Assembly (NCBI GenBank): GCA_024277755.1
Contig: JAJRUN010000005.1
Coordinates: 2,298 to 66,297 of the forward strand
Reading direction: 5' to 3'
Source: Gammaproteobacteria bacterium
GTDB lineage: Bacteria; Pseudomonadota; Gammaproteobacteria; Tenderiales; Tenderiaceae
Length of the DNA stretch: 64,000 nt
The notes under the pieces were generated by a model. It had not been told where the DNA came from, made no database searches, and was given only the letters and a program-made list of their open reading frames with translations. How positions within the stretch are numbered: position 1 is the stretch's first letter; every line of letters starts with the position of its first letter. Below are positions 1 through 9,859 of the stretch, in pieces. The translations under genes were made by a program, and so were the position numbers.

Positions 1-397
1 ATTTAAGCGCCAGCCAGGTATCATGAGGAATACCCTCTCCTTTGCTATACATATAACCAATGCTGAATTGGCCATAAGCATTCCCCTGAACTGCAGCCTT
101 GCGATACCATTTGGCAGCCTCGGAGTAACTTTGACTTACACCTTCGCCATAGTAGAAAGAATCACCAATTTTGCTTTGATCTGCAGGGCTGGCAGCATCA
201 AAAACACTGGTTTTGCAATCATAGGAAAGCTGTTCATCCTGCTGCCAATCAAAGCAGCTCAAATTGATAGTTTGAGAGCCTAGATGAGTCAGGGTTGTAG
301 CGGTACTTGCTAAAACCGGGGTTGCCATCAACATAACAGTTGAGAGCAAACTTAGAGCAAAATTCCTGGTAATTTTATTTTCCACAAAACACCTCAT
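1..397 (-). CDS. Sel1/TPR-like repeat secreted protein, partial (3' end runs off the window)
   Basis: Own translation of the minus strand from ATG at 397. It starts MRCFVENKITRNFALSLLSTVMLMATPVLAS (signal-peptide-like). It continues ...FYYGEGVSQSYSEAAKWYRKAAVQGNAYGQFSIGYMYSKGEGIPHDTWLALK, which fits the Sel1 repeat consensus. The frame stays open to the window edge, so it is absent from the ORF track. It supersedes the + ORF 23..283. Confidence 0.7.
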   Translation of the reverse strand, partial: MRCFVENKITRNFALSLLSTVMLMATPVLASTATTLTHLGSQTINLSCFDWQQDEQLSYDCKTSVFDAASPADQSKIGDSFYYGEGVSQSYSEAAKWYRKAAVQGNAYGQFSIGYMYSKGEGIPHDTWLALK

Positions 398-645
398 AAC
401 CATTTGATATTATTATATTTACAACAATAAAACTCAAATAGGACAGAGCATTGAAAGTCATATAACAATATTAATCTCACAAGATATATCGGTATTAAAA
501 AACTGATCTTTAATAAAAATGTAGTAAAAAATAGTTATTTTTAAGCTCAAGACTTCACCCTGGCTGCCGAAATAAATAGCTGCGTCATAAGTCGTTGGTG
601 CAAGCATTTTTTTGGCAGAATGAAGTAAAAAGGAGCAGTCATAAC

Positions 646-2214
646 ATGCAGGTCAACACCCCGCCACGCCGCCGAACACTTCTGATAATTATGGATGGCT
701 TTGGACTCAACCCCAGCAAGATCAATAATGGTATTGCCGCAGCTGAAACGCCCCGTTTAGATGAATACTTTGAGCGCTATTCGCTAACTGAACTACAAGC
801 CTCTGGCAGCGCCGTTGGTTTACCTGAAGGCCAAATGGGAAATTCAGAAGTAGGACATCTAACGCTGGGGACAGGCACCATACAAAAACAGGATCTGGTC
901 AAAATTAATGATTCAATCATTGATAACAGTTTTTATGAAAATCCTGTGCTGATTGCTGCAGTCACAAGAGCCAAACAACACAACAGACCACTACACCTGA
1001 TGGGACTTATTTCAAATGGTGGCGTCCACAGTCATATTGATCATTTATTCGCATTGATCGAGCTATGCAGGCGTCAGCAGGTAACACCACTACTACATGC
1101 CATTACTGATGGACGTGATACTGCACCGCAATCAGCCATTGACTATGTTGACCAGATAAACACTGAGTTGGCCAACGCCAATGGTTCTGTTGCTACCGTC
1201 TGTGGCCGTTATTATGCGATGGATAGAGACAAACGCTGGGATAGAACCGAACTAGCCTGGCAGGCACTGGTAAATAATGCTGGCCGCAATGAAAACTCAT
1301 ACCAGGATGCGATTAGTTCTGCATATAAAGCCGGAGAAACCGATGAATTTATAAGGCCCGTCATCCTTCCTGACGCCAAGCCAATCACATCAGAAGATAC
1401 GGTAATTTTCTTTAATTTCCGTAAAGACCGGACACGTCAAATTACAGCCGCGCTTTCAAAGCCCTTGTTTGACAGTTTTGATCGTGGTGACGCCCCCTTA
1501 ATCAACATCACCTGCTTCACCAACTACGATAGCTATTTCAACCTGCCCTACGCCTTTGATGAAGACCTGGCAGAAGTAACCTTGGCCGAAACAATCAGTA
1601 ACGCAGGATTAAATCAGTTTCATTGTGCCGAAACAGAAAAATATGCTCATGTGACATACTTTTTCAACGGAGGCAAAGGCGATGCATTCGCCAATGAAGA
1701 ACGCTTGATTATTCCTTCACCCAAGGTTGCTACTTATGATGAACAACCTGAAATGAGCGCCCAAGTAGTGGCTGATTGTGTCATTGAGAAGATGCGTAAT
1801 CAGCAATACTCATTCATTGTTGTAAATTTTGCTAATGGCGATATGGTTGGCCATACAGCGATCAGGGATGCTGTCATAAAGGCTGTTGAGGCGTTGGATC
1901 ATGAGGTTGGACGCGTGCTTGACGCTGCGATTAAAGCCGAATATTCAGTGATAGTCACCGCAGATCATGGCAACTGCGAACAGCTTATTGACCCGGTCAC
2001 GGGCACCCCTCACACCCAGCATACCACCTATCCAGTGCCATGCATTGTCATCGACCAGATCAAATGGCAATTAGCAGGTAAAGGCGGCTTAAAAAACATT
2101 GCCCCAACCGTGTTGCAGCTTATGGGCATACAACAACCGGGGGCAATGACAGGCCGTTCTTTACTCGTTAAACCAATAGACTCTTCTGCCGCCTTAAAAA
2201 AAGCTAGCGGATAG
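646..2214 (+). CDS. gpmI: 2,3-bisphosphoglycerate-independent phosphoglycerate mutase
   Basis: Track ORF 595..2214. The better start is ATG 646 (AGGAG at 631-635), giving MQVNTPPRRRTLLIIMDGFG. The iPGM motifs GNSEVGH, DGRDT and ADHGN are present. Confidence 0.93.
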   Translation: MQVNTPPRRRTLLIIMDGFGLNPSKINNGIAAAETPRLDEYFERYSLTELQASGSAVGLPEGQMGNSEVGHLTLGTGTIQKQDLVKINDSIIDNSFYENPVLIAAVTRAKQHNRPLHLMGLISNGGVHSHIDHLFALIELCRRQQVTPLLHAITDGRDTAPQSAIDYVDQINTELANANGSVATVCGRYYAMDRDKRWDRTELAWQALVNNAGRNENSYQDAISSAYKAGETDEFIRPVILPDAKPITSEDTVIFFNFRKDRTRQITAALSKPLFDSFDRGDAPLINITCFTNYDSYFNLPYAFDEDLAEVTLAETISNAGLNQFHCAETEKYAHVTYFFNGGKGDAFANEERLIIPSPKVATYDEQPEMSAQVVADCVIEKMRNQQYSFIVVNFANGDMVGHTAIRDAVIKAVEALDHEVGRVLDAAIKAEYSVIVTADHGNCEQLIDPVTGTPHTQHTTYPVPCIVIDQIKWQLAGKGGLKNIAPTVLQLMGIQQPGAMTGRSLLVKPIDSSAALKKASG

Positions 2215-3226
2215 TCCCAGCATCAACACCCGTGATGCGAGCCAATGTTTCTGCCATAACAATACCAAGCTTACCGGCGAATTGTTCAAGAGGGTCAGGC
2301 TTAATGGTGTAGTCTACGATATTTTCCTGACCAATAATCTCACGGGCCACATAACTGGCACTGCCCAGGCCGTCAACCAAACCCAGCTCAACGCTCTGCT
2401 CACCAGTCCAGACCAGACCGGAGAAAAGCGCTTCATCAGATTTAAGACGATCACCACGCCCTGCCTTTACTACACCTATAAACTGCTGATGAATATTGCC
2501 AAGCATTGATTTGATATGGGAGACATCCTTATCTTTCAGTGGTGAAAATGGGTCAAGAAAACCTTTGCTTTCACCAGCCGTCAGCATACGCCTTTCCACC
2601 CCCAGCTTTTCCATGCCATCAACAAAACCAAAACCGCTCATAACAACACCAATGGAGCCAACAATGCTGGCCTTGTCAGCATAAATTTCATCTGCCGCCG
2701 AAGCAATGTAATAGCCACCAGAAGCGCACATATCGGTAATTACTGCATACAGACGTTTATCAGGATAAATCCCCCGCAGGCGTTTAATTTCATCATAAAT
2801 ATATCCCGACTGCACCGGACTGCCACCCGGACTGTTAATGCGCATAATAATGCCTGAGACATGTTCAGCCTCAAAGGCATCACGCAGACTGGTAACAATT
2901 TTATCAGCACTGGCTTCAGAACCATCGGCTATCACACCACGCAATTCGATTATGGCTGTATGCGATTTACTCGACGTCAACCCCGATCCTGCACCAGGGA
3001 TTAGCACAATCAAAAACACAGCCAGGTAAGCCACCATTAATAATTTGAAAAATATTCCCCAGCGTCTGGCTCGGCGTTGCTCCTTAAGCGCCCCCATCGC
3101 CAAGTTACTGATCAGTTCACGTTCCCACAGTTCATTATTCTCGTCTTTCATGTTTTTCTCATTCATTAGTGGATTTTCTGTCCAGGGGTCTTTTGATTCG
3201 GGCGTATCATTTTCGCTCACACTCAT
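2204..3226 (-). CDS. sppA: S49 family signal peptide peptidase (SppA 36K / SohB type)
   Basis: 340 aa. An N-terminal TM segment (FFKLLMVAYLAVFLIVLIPG) is followed by an S49 core with INSPGGS, CASGGYYIASAAD and GSIGV. Confidence 0.85.
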   Translation of the reverse strand: MSVSENDTPESKDPWTENPLMNEKNMKDENNELWERELISNLAMGALKEQRRARRWGIFFKLLMVAYLAVFLIVLIPGAGSGLTSSKSHTAIIELRGVIADGSEASADKIVTSLRDAFEAEHVSGIIMRINSPGGSPVQSGYIYDEIKRLRGIYPDKRLYAVITDMCASGGYYIASAADEIYADKASIVGSIGVVMSGFGFVDGMEKLGVERRMLTAGESKGFLDPFSPLKDKDVSHIKSMLGNIHQQFIGVVKAGRGDRLKSDEALFSGLVWTGEQSVELGLVDGLGSASYVAREIIGQENIVDYTIKPDPLEQFAGKLGIVMAETLARITGVDAGTIR

Positions 3227-3233
3227 CGCAACC

Positions 3234-3893
3234 TTAAATGTTTGCAGCCAGCCACTGCTTCATTTCATCAATGTTATTTAGACATGCCAACGGCTGAAAA
3301 CTATGCAATCGTTCACGTTCATGTGCACCGTAACTGACTGCCAATGCAGCGGTTCCTGCCCGTTGCGCCATTTCGAGATCATAAACTGTATCACCAACCA
3401 TCAGAGTTCTTTCAGGCACCACGTCCAGCTCATTCATTATCTCATGCAACATCATCGGATCAGGCTTGGAAGATGTTTCATCAGCACAGCGGGTTGAATG
3501 AAAATAGCGACTACAGTCCGTTTGTTGCAACACCCGATCCAGCCCCTTACGTCCCTTGCCGGTGGCAACAGCAAGCCACAACTGACGTTGCTCCAATGTT
3601 TGCAAAAGTTCATGCACACCTTCAAATAGAACCTCAGGCTGAGTACACCCCAGCAAAAAATGATGTCTATAACGATCGGCAAACCTATGGATATACCCAG
3701 GATTAATACCGACATACAAATTTTGTATTGCCTCATGCATTCCCAGACCAATGACATTACGACACTGTTCATCTGTTTTGGCAGGTAGACCAATATCCGT
3801 TCCTGCAGCTTGAAGTGAGGCCACAATGCGAGCAGCCGAATACATCAAAGTGCCGTCCCAATCAAAGACGATTAAATCAAATTTACCTGCCAT
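3234..3893 (-). CDS. HAD-IA family hydrolase (phosphoglycolate phosphatase-like)
   Basis: 219 aa. HAD motif I is FDWDGTL and the C-terminal motif is VGDTVYD. It lies between sppA and rluC, as in Pseudomonas. Confidence 0.8.
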   Translation of the reverse strand: MAGKFDLIVFDWDGTLMYSAARIVASLQAAGTDIGLPAKTDEQCRNVIGLGMHEAIQNLYVGINPGYIHRFADRYRHHFLLGCTQPEVLFEGVHELLQTLEQRQLWLAVATGKGRKGLDRVLQQTDCSRYFHSTRCADETSSKPDPMMLHEIMNELDVVPERTLMVGDTVYDLEMAQRAGTAALAVSYGAHERERLHSFQPLACLNNIDEMKQWLAANI

Positions 3894-3897
3894 CCAC

Positions 3898-4845
3898 TCA
3901 AGCCAATTTTTTAAGAATCGTGGTCAAGCTACCATCAAGAGGGGCTGTTGCTTCCAACATACTGTCATCCCAAGGGAACTTTAACTGCCAGGCATGCAAA
4001 AACATACGTTTTAAACCAAATTCGCGCATCTGCTGATTAAACAGCTTGTCGCCGTATTTTTCATCCCCCGCCAACGGATGACCACAGTGTTCTGCATGGA
4101 CGCGAATTTGATGGGTTCGACCGGTAAACAGCTCAACCTCCATCAAAGTCGCCATCTTAAAACGCTGTTTTGGGGTAAAACGGCTCATGGCCTCCTTACC
4201 ATCTGCGCTCACCCTGACAATCCGCTCACCGGAGCTGACAACATTTTTGCGCAAAGGGGCATCAACCAGTTGACTACCACCACGCCACTTTCCCTTGCAC
4301 AACGCTTGATAACATTTCTTTATCTCACCAGAGCGCATGGCACTGTGCAGATGCCTCAAAGCCGAGCGTTTTTTGGCAACCAGCAAACAACCCGATGTCC
4401 CCTTGTCCAAACGATGAACCAATTCCAGATTTTTGCATTCAGTCTTTAGCTTGCGAATCGCCTCTATCACCCCAAAACTGATACCACTACCGCCATGTAC
4501 TGCGAGCCCTGCAGGCTTATTCAAAACAATCAGCCCCGAATCCTCAAAAATAATATTTTTGTCGATTCGCTCCAAAACAGCCTTCCCAGGGTCAATAACA
4601 TCCCCTTTTTGTGCTATCCGTACGGGTGGAATTCTAACCATATCTCCCGCCTGAATCTTGTAAACAGGCTTGATCCTGCCCTTATTCACTCTCACTTGGC
4701 CGGTGCGTAAAAGCCGATAAATCATACTTTTCGGCACACCTTTCAACAAATACAGCAAAAAATTATCTATACGCTGCCCGGCTCTGTCTGCATCGACCTC
4801 AATCATCTGCACTCTTGGAGCGGCATTTTCCGAAAAATCAGTCAT
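3898..4845 (-). CDS. rluC: 23S rRNA pseudouridine synthase RluC
   Basis: 315 aa. S4-like N-terminus and the catalytic motif HRLDKGTSG. It is divergent from rne, as in E. coli and Pseudomonas. Confidence 0.9.
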   Translation of the reverse strand: MTDFSENAAPRVQMIEVDADRAGQRIDNFLLYLLKGVPKSMIYRLLRTGQVRVNKGRIKPVYKIQAGDMVRIPPVRIAQKGDVIDPGKAVLERIDKNIIFEDSGLIVLNKPAGLAVHGGSGISFGVIEAIRKLKTECKNLELVHRLDKGTSGCLLVAKKRSALRHLHSAMRSGEIKKCYQALCKGKWRGGSQLVDAPLRKNVVSSGERIVRVSADGKEAMSRFTPKQRFKMATLMEVELFTGRTHQIRVHAEHCGHPLAGDEKYGDKLFNQQMREFGLKRMFLHAWQLKFPWDDSMLEATAPLDGSLTTILKKLA

Positions 4846-5447
4846 TTACCACCATTTTTAAAACCTTCCATATATTTCCAGACAGGGGTGAACATGTTAT
4901 ATTCAGAGGATGGTATTGGCTGGCCAAACTGTTTTTTAGCCTTCAACGTAAACCACCACTACCTCTTAGCAATGCCTAGTGGCCTTTTTTAATGCGCACA
5001 GATCAAATCTGTGCGATGAACCAAATCAGGCAACGTGATGTCAATAATTCTGACAAAATGCCAATAACATGCGTTGGCACAAGAGACAAATTTTATCACT
5101 TTATGGCGCAGATATGAATGTCGATGAAGTGGCACAGAAATGTGCACGGCCCAGACAGGCAGATACAAATTAATTAACAAATATTGGTGCACCCGTGAAA
5201 AATCGCGGGAGACTGAACAAACCCTGTGACAAACCAACAGGGAAAATTCGGGTTGATTTTAAAACATCACCCTCGTGAATGCTAGCAATCATATATTTTT
5301 CACGACAGGTGATACTCGCAAACAACCCGTAGGCACACCAGGTCAACATGGCTGGTGTATTGCTTGGCACTATTGATTTAGATGCCTGAACACGTTCAGT
5401 CTCATCCTGCGGAAACGACGGTTGACGCCCAAGGAGACAATACAAAA

Positions 5448-5927
5448 ATGAAAAGAATGCTTATCAATGCAACTCAAAAAGAAGAGTTGCGCGTTGCCCT
5501 GGTCGACGGTCAACGACTCTATGACCTCGATATAGAATTGCCAGGTCGCGAACAAAAAAAATCAAACATCTACAAAGGTAAAATCACCCGAATCGAACCC
5601 AGCCTGGAAGCCGCCTTTGTCGACTACGGCGCAGATAGACACGGTTTTTTACCACTCAAAGAGATAGCCCCCAGCTGCTACGCAAAACAACCAGAAGACG
5701 ATAAGCGCCGACCTAATATTAAAGAAATATTGCAGGAAGGACAGGAAGTCATCGTGCAAATAGGTAAAGAGGAACGTGGTAACAAGGGTGCTGCACTGAC
5801 AACATTTATCAGTCTCGCCGGCCGCTATCTAGTGCTCATGCCTAACAACCCTCGCGCGGGCGGAGTATCACGCCGCATAGAAGGTGAAGAGCGTAGCGAG
5901 CTGCGTGAAGCAATGGCAGCCATGTAA
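5448..5927 (+). CDS. rne: Ribonuclease E, N-terminal fragment (RNase H-like and S1 subdomains), ending at an in-frame TAA
   Basis: ATG 5448 is preceded by [36 protein letters not shown]...[21 protein letters not shown] is nearly identical to the E. coli RNase E N-terminus. The TAA at 5925-5927 falls where the E. coli protein continues. Confidence 0.9.
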   Translation: MKRMLINATQKEELRVALVDGQRLYDLDIELPGREQKKSNIYKGKITRIEPSLEAAFVDYGADRHGFLPLKEIAPSCYAKQPEDDKRRPNIKEILQEGQEVIVQIGKEERGNKGAALTTFISLAGRYLVLMPNNPRAGGVSRRIEGEERSELREAMAAM

Positions 5928-5939
5928 ATACCTGAAGGC

Positions 5940-8015
5940 ATGGGCGTCATCGTTCGTACCGCTGGCGTCGGCAAAATCACCGAAGAATTGCAATGGGATC
6001 TGGATTACCTGGTTCGACTATGGACAGCCATTGATAAAGCGGGTCGGGAACGCCCTGCTTCATTTTTGGTCTATCAAGAAAGCAACCTGATCATCCGCGC
6101 CATTCGTGATTATTTCCGCCAGGATATCGGTGAAATTCTAATCGATTGCAAAGACGTTTACGATTACGCTCTGGACTTCATGACCCAGGTCATGCCGCAC
6201 AACAAGAGTAAAGTAAAATTTTACGACGACAGCGTCCCGCTCTTCTCACGCTATCAAGTTGAAAGTCAGATTGAAACCGCCTTCGAGCATGAAGTACGCC
6301 TGCCATCAGGAGGTGCCATCGTCATTGATCGCACGGAAGCGCTGGTTTCCATCGATATCAACTCATCGCGTGCCACCCAAGGGGGTGACATTGAAGAAAC
6401 AGCCCTCAACACCAACCTTGAAGCCTCCGATGAAATCGCCCGTCAATTACGTCTACGCGACCTCGGTGGCCTAATCGTCATTGATTATATTGATATGACG
6501 CCATCTCGCAACCAGCGAGAAGTAGAGAACCGCCTTCGTGAAGCCTTAAAAATGGATCGCGCTCGGGTTCAGATCGGCCGTATATCACGCTTTGGCCTGC
6601 TGGAAATGTCACGTCAGCGCCTCCGTCCATCGTTGGAAGAATCAATCCAGGCCACCTGTCCTCGTTGCAAAGGAGAAGGGTCAATTCGCAATGTAGAATC
6701 TCTTTCACTATCGATTTTGCGCTTGATTGAAGAAGAGGCAATGAAGGAAAAGTCAGCCCGAATCGAAGCTCAATTGCCTCTACAAGTTGCTACATTTCTA
6801 CTCAATGAAAAACGTAAAGCGGTTAGCGAAGTCGAGGCACGTCATGACATTCATGTCGTCCTGATCCCCAATCCAGCGTTGGAAACCCCTGCTTACGAAG
6901 TTAAACGCATTAAGAGCGAAGAACTCAGAGAGCAGGACAAAACCACCAGCTATCAAATTGTTAAAGAAATTGAGCCTGAGAAAGAAGTTGCCACCAAGCA
7001 AAAAACATCGTCTGAACAACCCGCTGTGAAAAGCATTCGGCCTTCGACACCCGCTCCAAAGCCATCCGCCCCCACTAAAACCTCTAGCGCACAACGACAG
7101 GCCGAAGCCGGCTTTATTACACGTATGTGGAACAGCCTATTTGGTAGCAGCAAAACTGAAGAAACCGAGACTGAAGAAGTCAAAACAGAAACCAAGCCAA
7201 CGACTGCCCGGCCATCACAACGTCGCTCAAGCCAGTCTCGCGGTACCGGGCGTGGACGTGGGCGCTCACAATCGCGGCGTAGTGGCGGTAATAACCGTCA
7301 AAACAATAACGAGAACGCAGGCAAAGACAAACAACAAACCGTTGAAAGCAAGCCTGACAACAAAAATCAGTCAGCAACAAAACCCACAGATACGACTGAA
7401 GCAACCACAGCCAAAAACCAAGCAGCAGCAACACAAAATGGTGAAAAAATGACATCCGGCAATGAGTCGCGCCGTGGTCGTCGTGGTGGTCGCCGTCGTC
7501 GCAGATCATCGGGTACTCAAGCACAGCAACGTGATGGAAACAAAGCTGAAACAACGGCAACGACAGAGGCTCAAGGAAATGTGGAAACTGCGGGTGGCAA
7601 CGCTAACCCCGTTACCCCTGCCAACACAGCTGAAACCAAACAGAACAAACCTAAACCCAGGCGTTCACCACGTCCAAAAACTGTAGATAAATCCACCGCA
7701 GAAGTCGTCGCTAGCGACAAACCAGCCGAACCTAAAAAGGCTGAAACTGAAATCACGTCCACAGCTACCAGCGAGCCGAGTAAGCCAACTGCTCCTCCTG
7801 CGGCAAGGAATGTTGAAACAACAACACAGAAACCTGCGGAAAAGCCTGCTGCTACGCCAACGGCTAATGCAGCCCCTGTACAAAAGTCGATGGAGCTAAA
7901 ACAACCTGCCGAACCTAAACCAGCAGCCCCTAAACCAGTGGAACCTGTCACAATAGCATCTAAAGCGGCGCCACCAGCTGAAAAAAGCAGCAGCCCTGGC
8001 AGCCCACAGGAATAA
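5940..8015 (+). CDS. rne: Ribonuclease E, remainder (5' sensor, DNase I-like and Zn-link core plus Arg/Pro-rich scaffold), same frame as 5448..5927
   Basis: [11 protein letters not shown]...[16 protein letters not shown]...[15 protein letters not shown]...CPRCKGEG is collinear with the E. coli RNase E catalytic half. The C-terminus has [20 protein letters not shown] and [12 protein letters not shown] arginine-rich segments. It is in frame with the upstream piece (5940-5382=558). Confidence 0.9.
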   Translation: MGVIVRTAGVGKITEELQWDLDYLVRLWTAIDKAGRERPASFLVYQESNLIIRAIRDYFRQDIGEILIDCKDVYDYALDFMTQVMPHNKSKVKFYDDSVPLFSRYQVESQIETAFEHEVRLPSGGAIVIDRTEALVSIDINSSRATQGGDIEETALNTNLEASDEIARQLRLRDLGGLIVIDYIDMTPSRNQREVENRLREALKMDRARVQIGRISRFGLLEMSRQRLRPSLEESIQATCPRCKGEGSIRNVESLSLSILRLIEEEAMKEKSARIEAQLPLQVATFLLNEKRKAVSEVEARHDIHVVLIPNPALETPAYEVKRIKSEELREQDKTTSYQIVKEIEPEKEVATKQKTSSEQPAVKSIRPSTPAPKPSAPTKTSSAQRQAEAGFITRMWNSLFGSSKTEETETEEVKTETKPTTARPSQRRSSQSRGTGRGRGRSQSRRSGGNNRQNNNENAGKDKQQTVESKPDNKNQSATKPTDTTEATTAKNQAAATQNGEKMTSGNESRRGRRGGRRRRRSSGTQAQQRDGNKAETTATTEAQGNVETAGGNANPVTPANTAETKQNKPKPRRSPRPKTVDKSTAEVVASDKPAEPKKAETEITSTATSEPSKPTAPPAARNVETTTQKPAEKPAATPTANAAPVQKSMELKQPAEPKPAAPKPVEPVTIASKAAPPAEKSSSPGSPQE

Positions 8016-8040
8016 GGTCATTCTAAATACCTGGACTGGC

Positions 8041-8080
8041 AGTTATAGAACTCTGCCAGTCCAATTTATTTAACACAGCC
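8041..8080. terminator. Bidirectional stem-loop between convergent rne and ptp
   Basis: TGGACTGGCAG (8041-8051) pairs perfectly with CTGCCAGTCCA (8062-8072) across a 10-nt loop. It is followed by ATTTATTT. Confidence 0.6.
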
Positions 8081-8082
8081 TG

Positions 8083-8553
8083 TTAAAGATCTGTACAGAT
8101 ATCTTTCAGTAGCCCATGTGAAGCATCTTCAATCAAATCAAGAACATGTTCAAACCCCCTATCCCCACCATAATAAGGATCAGGAACCTCTTTATCTTTA
8201 AATCTAGAGCCAAATTCAAGAAAAAGACGCAGTCTCTGCTGATATCCTGCTGGGCAAATATGCTCTAGATTACTGTAATTATCGTAATCCATAGCCAATA
8301 CGTAATCAAAATACTCAAAATCATTCGAGGTCACTTTACGAGCCCGCAGTGAGCTAAGATCAACGCCACGGCGTTGCGCCGCAGTTTGCGAACGAGGATC
8401 AGGCTGTTCACCAATATGGTAGGCATGCGTACCCGCTGAATCAACCTCAATCAGTTTATCAAGTGACTGATCTTTAATGATTTTCATAAAAAAGCCATGG
8501 GCAGTTGGTGATCTACATATATTGCCCATGCAAACAAAAAGAACTTTAATCAT
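8083..8553 (-). CDS. Low-molecular-weight protein-tyrosine phosphatase
   Basis: 156 aa. The N-terminal P-loop VCMGNICRSP matches CX5R(S/T), and the C-terminal DPYYG carries the catalytic Asp region. Confidence 0.9.
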   Translation of the reverse strand: MIKVLFVCMGNICRSPTAHGFFMKIIKDQSLDKLIEVDSAGTHAYHIGEQPDPRSQTAAQRRGVDLSSLRARKVTSNDFEYFDYVLAMDYDNYSNLEHICPAGYQQRLRLFLEFGSRFKDKEVPDPYYGGDRGFEHVLDLIEDASHGLLKDICTDL

Positions 8554-8589
8554 ATTGAGACATCCATCGAGTATTTTTTAGTTCATACC

Positions 8590-8919
8590 ATGCAAAATTG
8601 GTCTAGAATGAAAGATAACATCAGACATAAGAGATTGGGTGCTATGCAGAGTCAAACGATCAGAATGGACAATCTACGCAACCTCATCGGCCAAAAGGTC
8701 AACCATGAAGGTAGGGCCTGCAAAATCATCGAGATTCTGGAAGATGATATCCCTGCCATTATTCTGCAACACCATGAACACCAGACCAGCATTCAGGCCG
8801 ACCAGCATGGAGAAGCCCACAGAAAGGTTCCCAGCACCATTACCCTGCCCGTCATAGATCGCGAAAGCGGCAGCTTTCACCCTGCTTTTAGCAACCTGAA
8901 TTTAACCCATCTGCTCTAA
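8590..8919 (+). CDS. Hypothetical protein (orphan ORF, start uncertain)
   Basis: It is the longest ORF in the 350-bp gap between ptp and kdsB. Third-position usage looks like neighbouring genes. No family recognised. The 3' end overlaps kdsB by 18 nt. Confidence 0.3.
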   Translation: MQNWSRMKDNIRHKRLGAMQSQTIRMDNLRNLIGQKVNHEGRACKIIEILEDDIPAIILQHHEHQTSIQADQHGEAHRKVPSTITLPVIDRESGSFHPAFSNLNLTHLL

Positions 8920-9666
8920 TATCTGTCTGGTTCTGGCAAGGTCGGCCTCTGTATCTACGCCTGCAACTGCCGATTCATCAGCCTCTGCAACGTGAATTTT
9001 GTGGCCGTGCCACAGCACGCGTAGCTGCTCCAGTGACTCCATCTGCTCAAGCTCACAAACAGGCCAACTGACATATTGATTAATAAACTCAGCCCGGTAG
9101 GCATACAGCCCAATATGGCGAAAATGGAGTGACTGTTCTGGCAACTCCTCTGTTGTGATGGTGAAGGCATCTCTGTCCCAAGGGATGGGTGCCCGGCTAA
9201 AATAAATGGCATAGCCGCTTTTATCACTAATGACTTTTACCGCATGCGGGTTAAACAACTCAGCAGCAGTATGAATTTTTTCTGCCAGAGTCGCAACGCT
9301 GGCCTGTCGATGATCCGCTAGGTTCTGTGCCACTTGATGAATCAACACTGGCGGCATCAGGGGGTCATCACCTTGCAGATTAACCACTATTTCATCATTA
9401 CTCAGCCCCAAGCGGGTCACGACCTCAGAAAGTCTTTCCGTACCTGAATTATGCTCGCTAGAGGTCATACACACCTCAGCAGAGAATCTTGCAGCAGCCT
9501 TGGCAACACGCTGATCATCGGTTGCAATGATGATGTTTTCTGCTCCACTCTCCTGAGCACGCTCATAAACATGCTGGATCATTGGTTTACCAGCAATATC
9601 TAACAGCGGCTTTCCCGGCAAGCGGGTTGAATCATAACGGGCCGGGATAACTACCGTAAACTTCAC
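8902..9666 (-). CDS. kdsB: 3-deoxy-manno-octulosonate cytidylyltransferase
   Basis: 254 aa with a GTG start. [17 protein letters not shown] and NLQGDDP are CMP-KDO synthetase motifs. Confidence 0.93.
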   Translation of the reverse strand: MKFTVVIPARYDSTRLPGKPLLDIAGKPMIQHVYERAQESGAENIIIATDDQRVAKAAARFSAEVCMTSSEHNSGTERLSEVVTRLGLSNDEIVVNLQGDDPLMPPVLIHQVAQNLADHRQASVATLAEKIHTAAELFNPHAVKVISDKSGYAIYFSRAPIPWDRDAFTITTEELPEQSLHFRHIGLYAYRAEFINQYVSWPVCELEQMESLEQLRVLWHGHKIHVAEADESAVAGVDTEADLARTRQILEQMG

Positions 9667-9846
9667 CTATCCAATCTCTTCAAGACTGAGCCTGCGCGCC
9701 TCATCTTCAAGCATGACAGGAATATCATCGCGAACAGGATAAGCAAGCTTGTCTGCTCTACAAACCAATTCATTTTGTTCCTTACGGTAATGTAACGGCC
9801 CTTTGCAGATTGGGCATACCAAAATATCCAATAGTTTTCTGTCCAT
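9667..9846 (-). CDS. ycaR: Trm112/YcaR family small zinc-ribbon protein (UPF0434)
   Basis: Own translation, 59 aa, which is below the track cutoff. [59 protein letters not shown] is collinear with E. coli YcaR. Its TAG stop directly abuts the kdsB GTG. Confidence 0.8.
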   Translation of the reverse strand: MDRKLLDILVCPICKGPLHYRKEQNELVCRADKLAYPVRDDIPVMLEDEARRLSLEEIG

Positions 9847-9859
9847 AATCTTGCCTGTA

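Noticed and set aside
23-283. + strand 86-aa track ORF at the window start
   Set aside because: The opposite strand encodes a clear Sel1-repeat protein with a signal peptide (ATG at 397) that runs off the window. The + ORF is its antisense shadow.
6798-7951. Cluster of 70-126-aa ORFs on both strands inside the rne 3' half (for example 7141..7452, 7180..7560, 7571..7951)
   Set aside because: They lie in the low-complexity Arg/Pro/Ala/Thr-rich scaffold region of RNase E. Compositionally biased DNA leaves alternative frames open, and none of these ORFs has a protein-like sequence.
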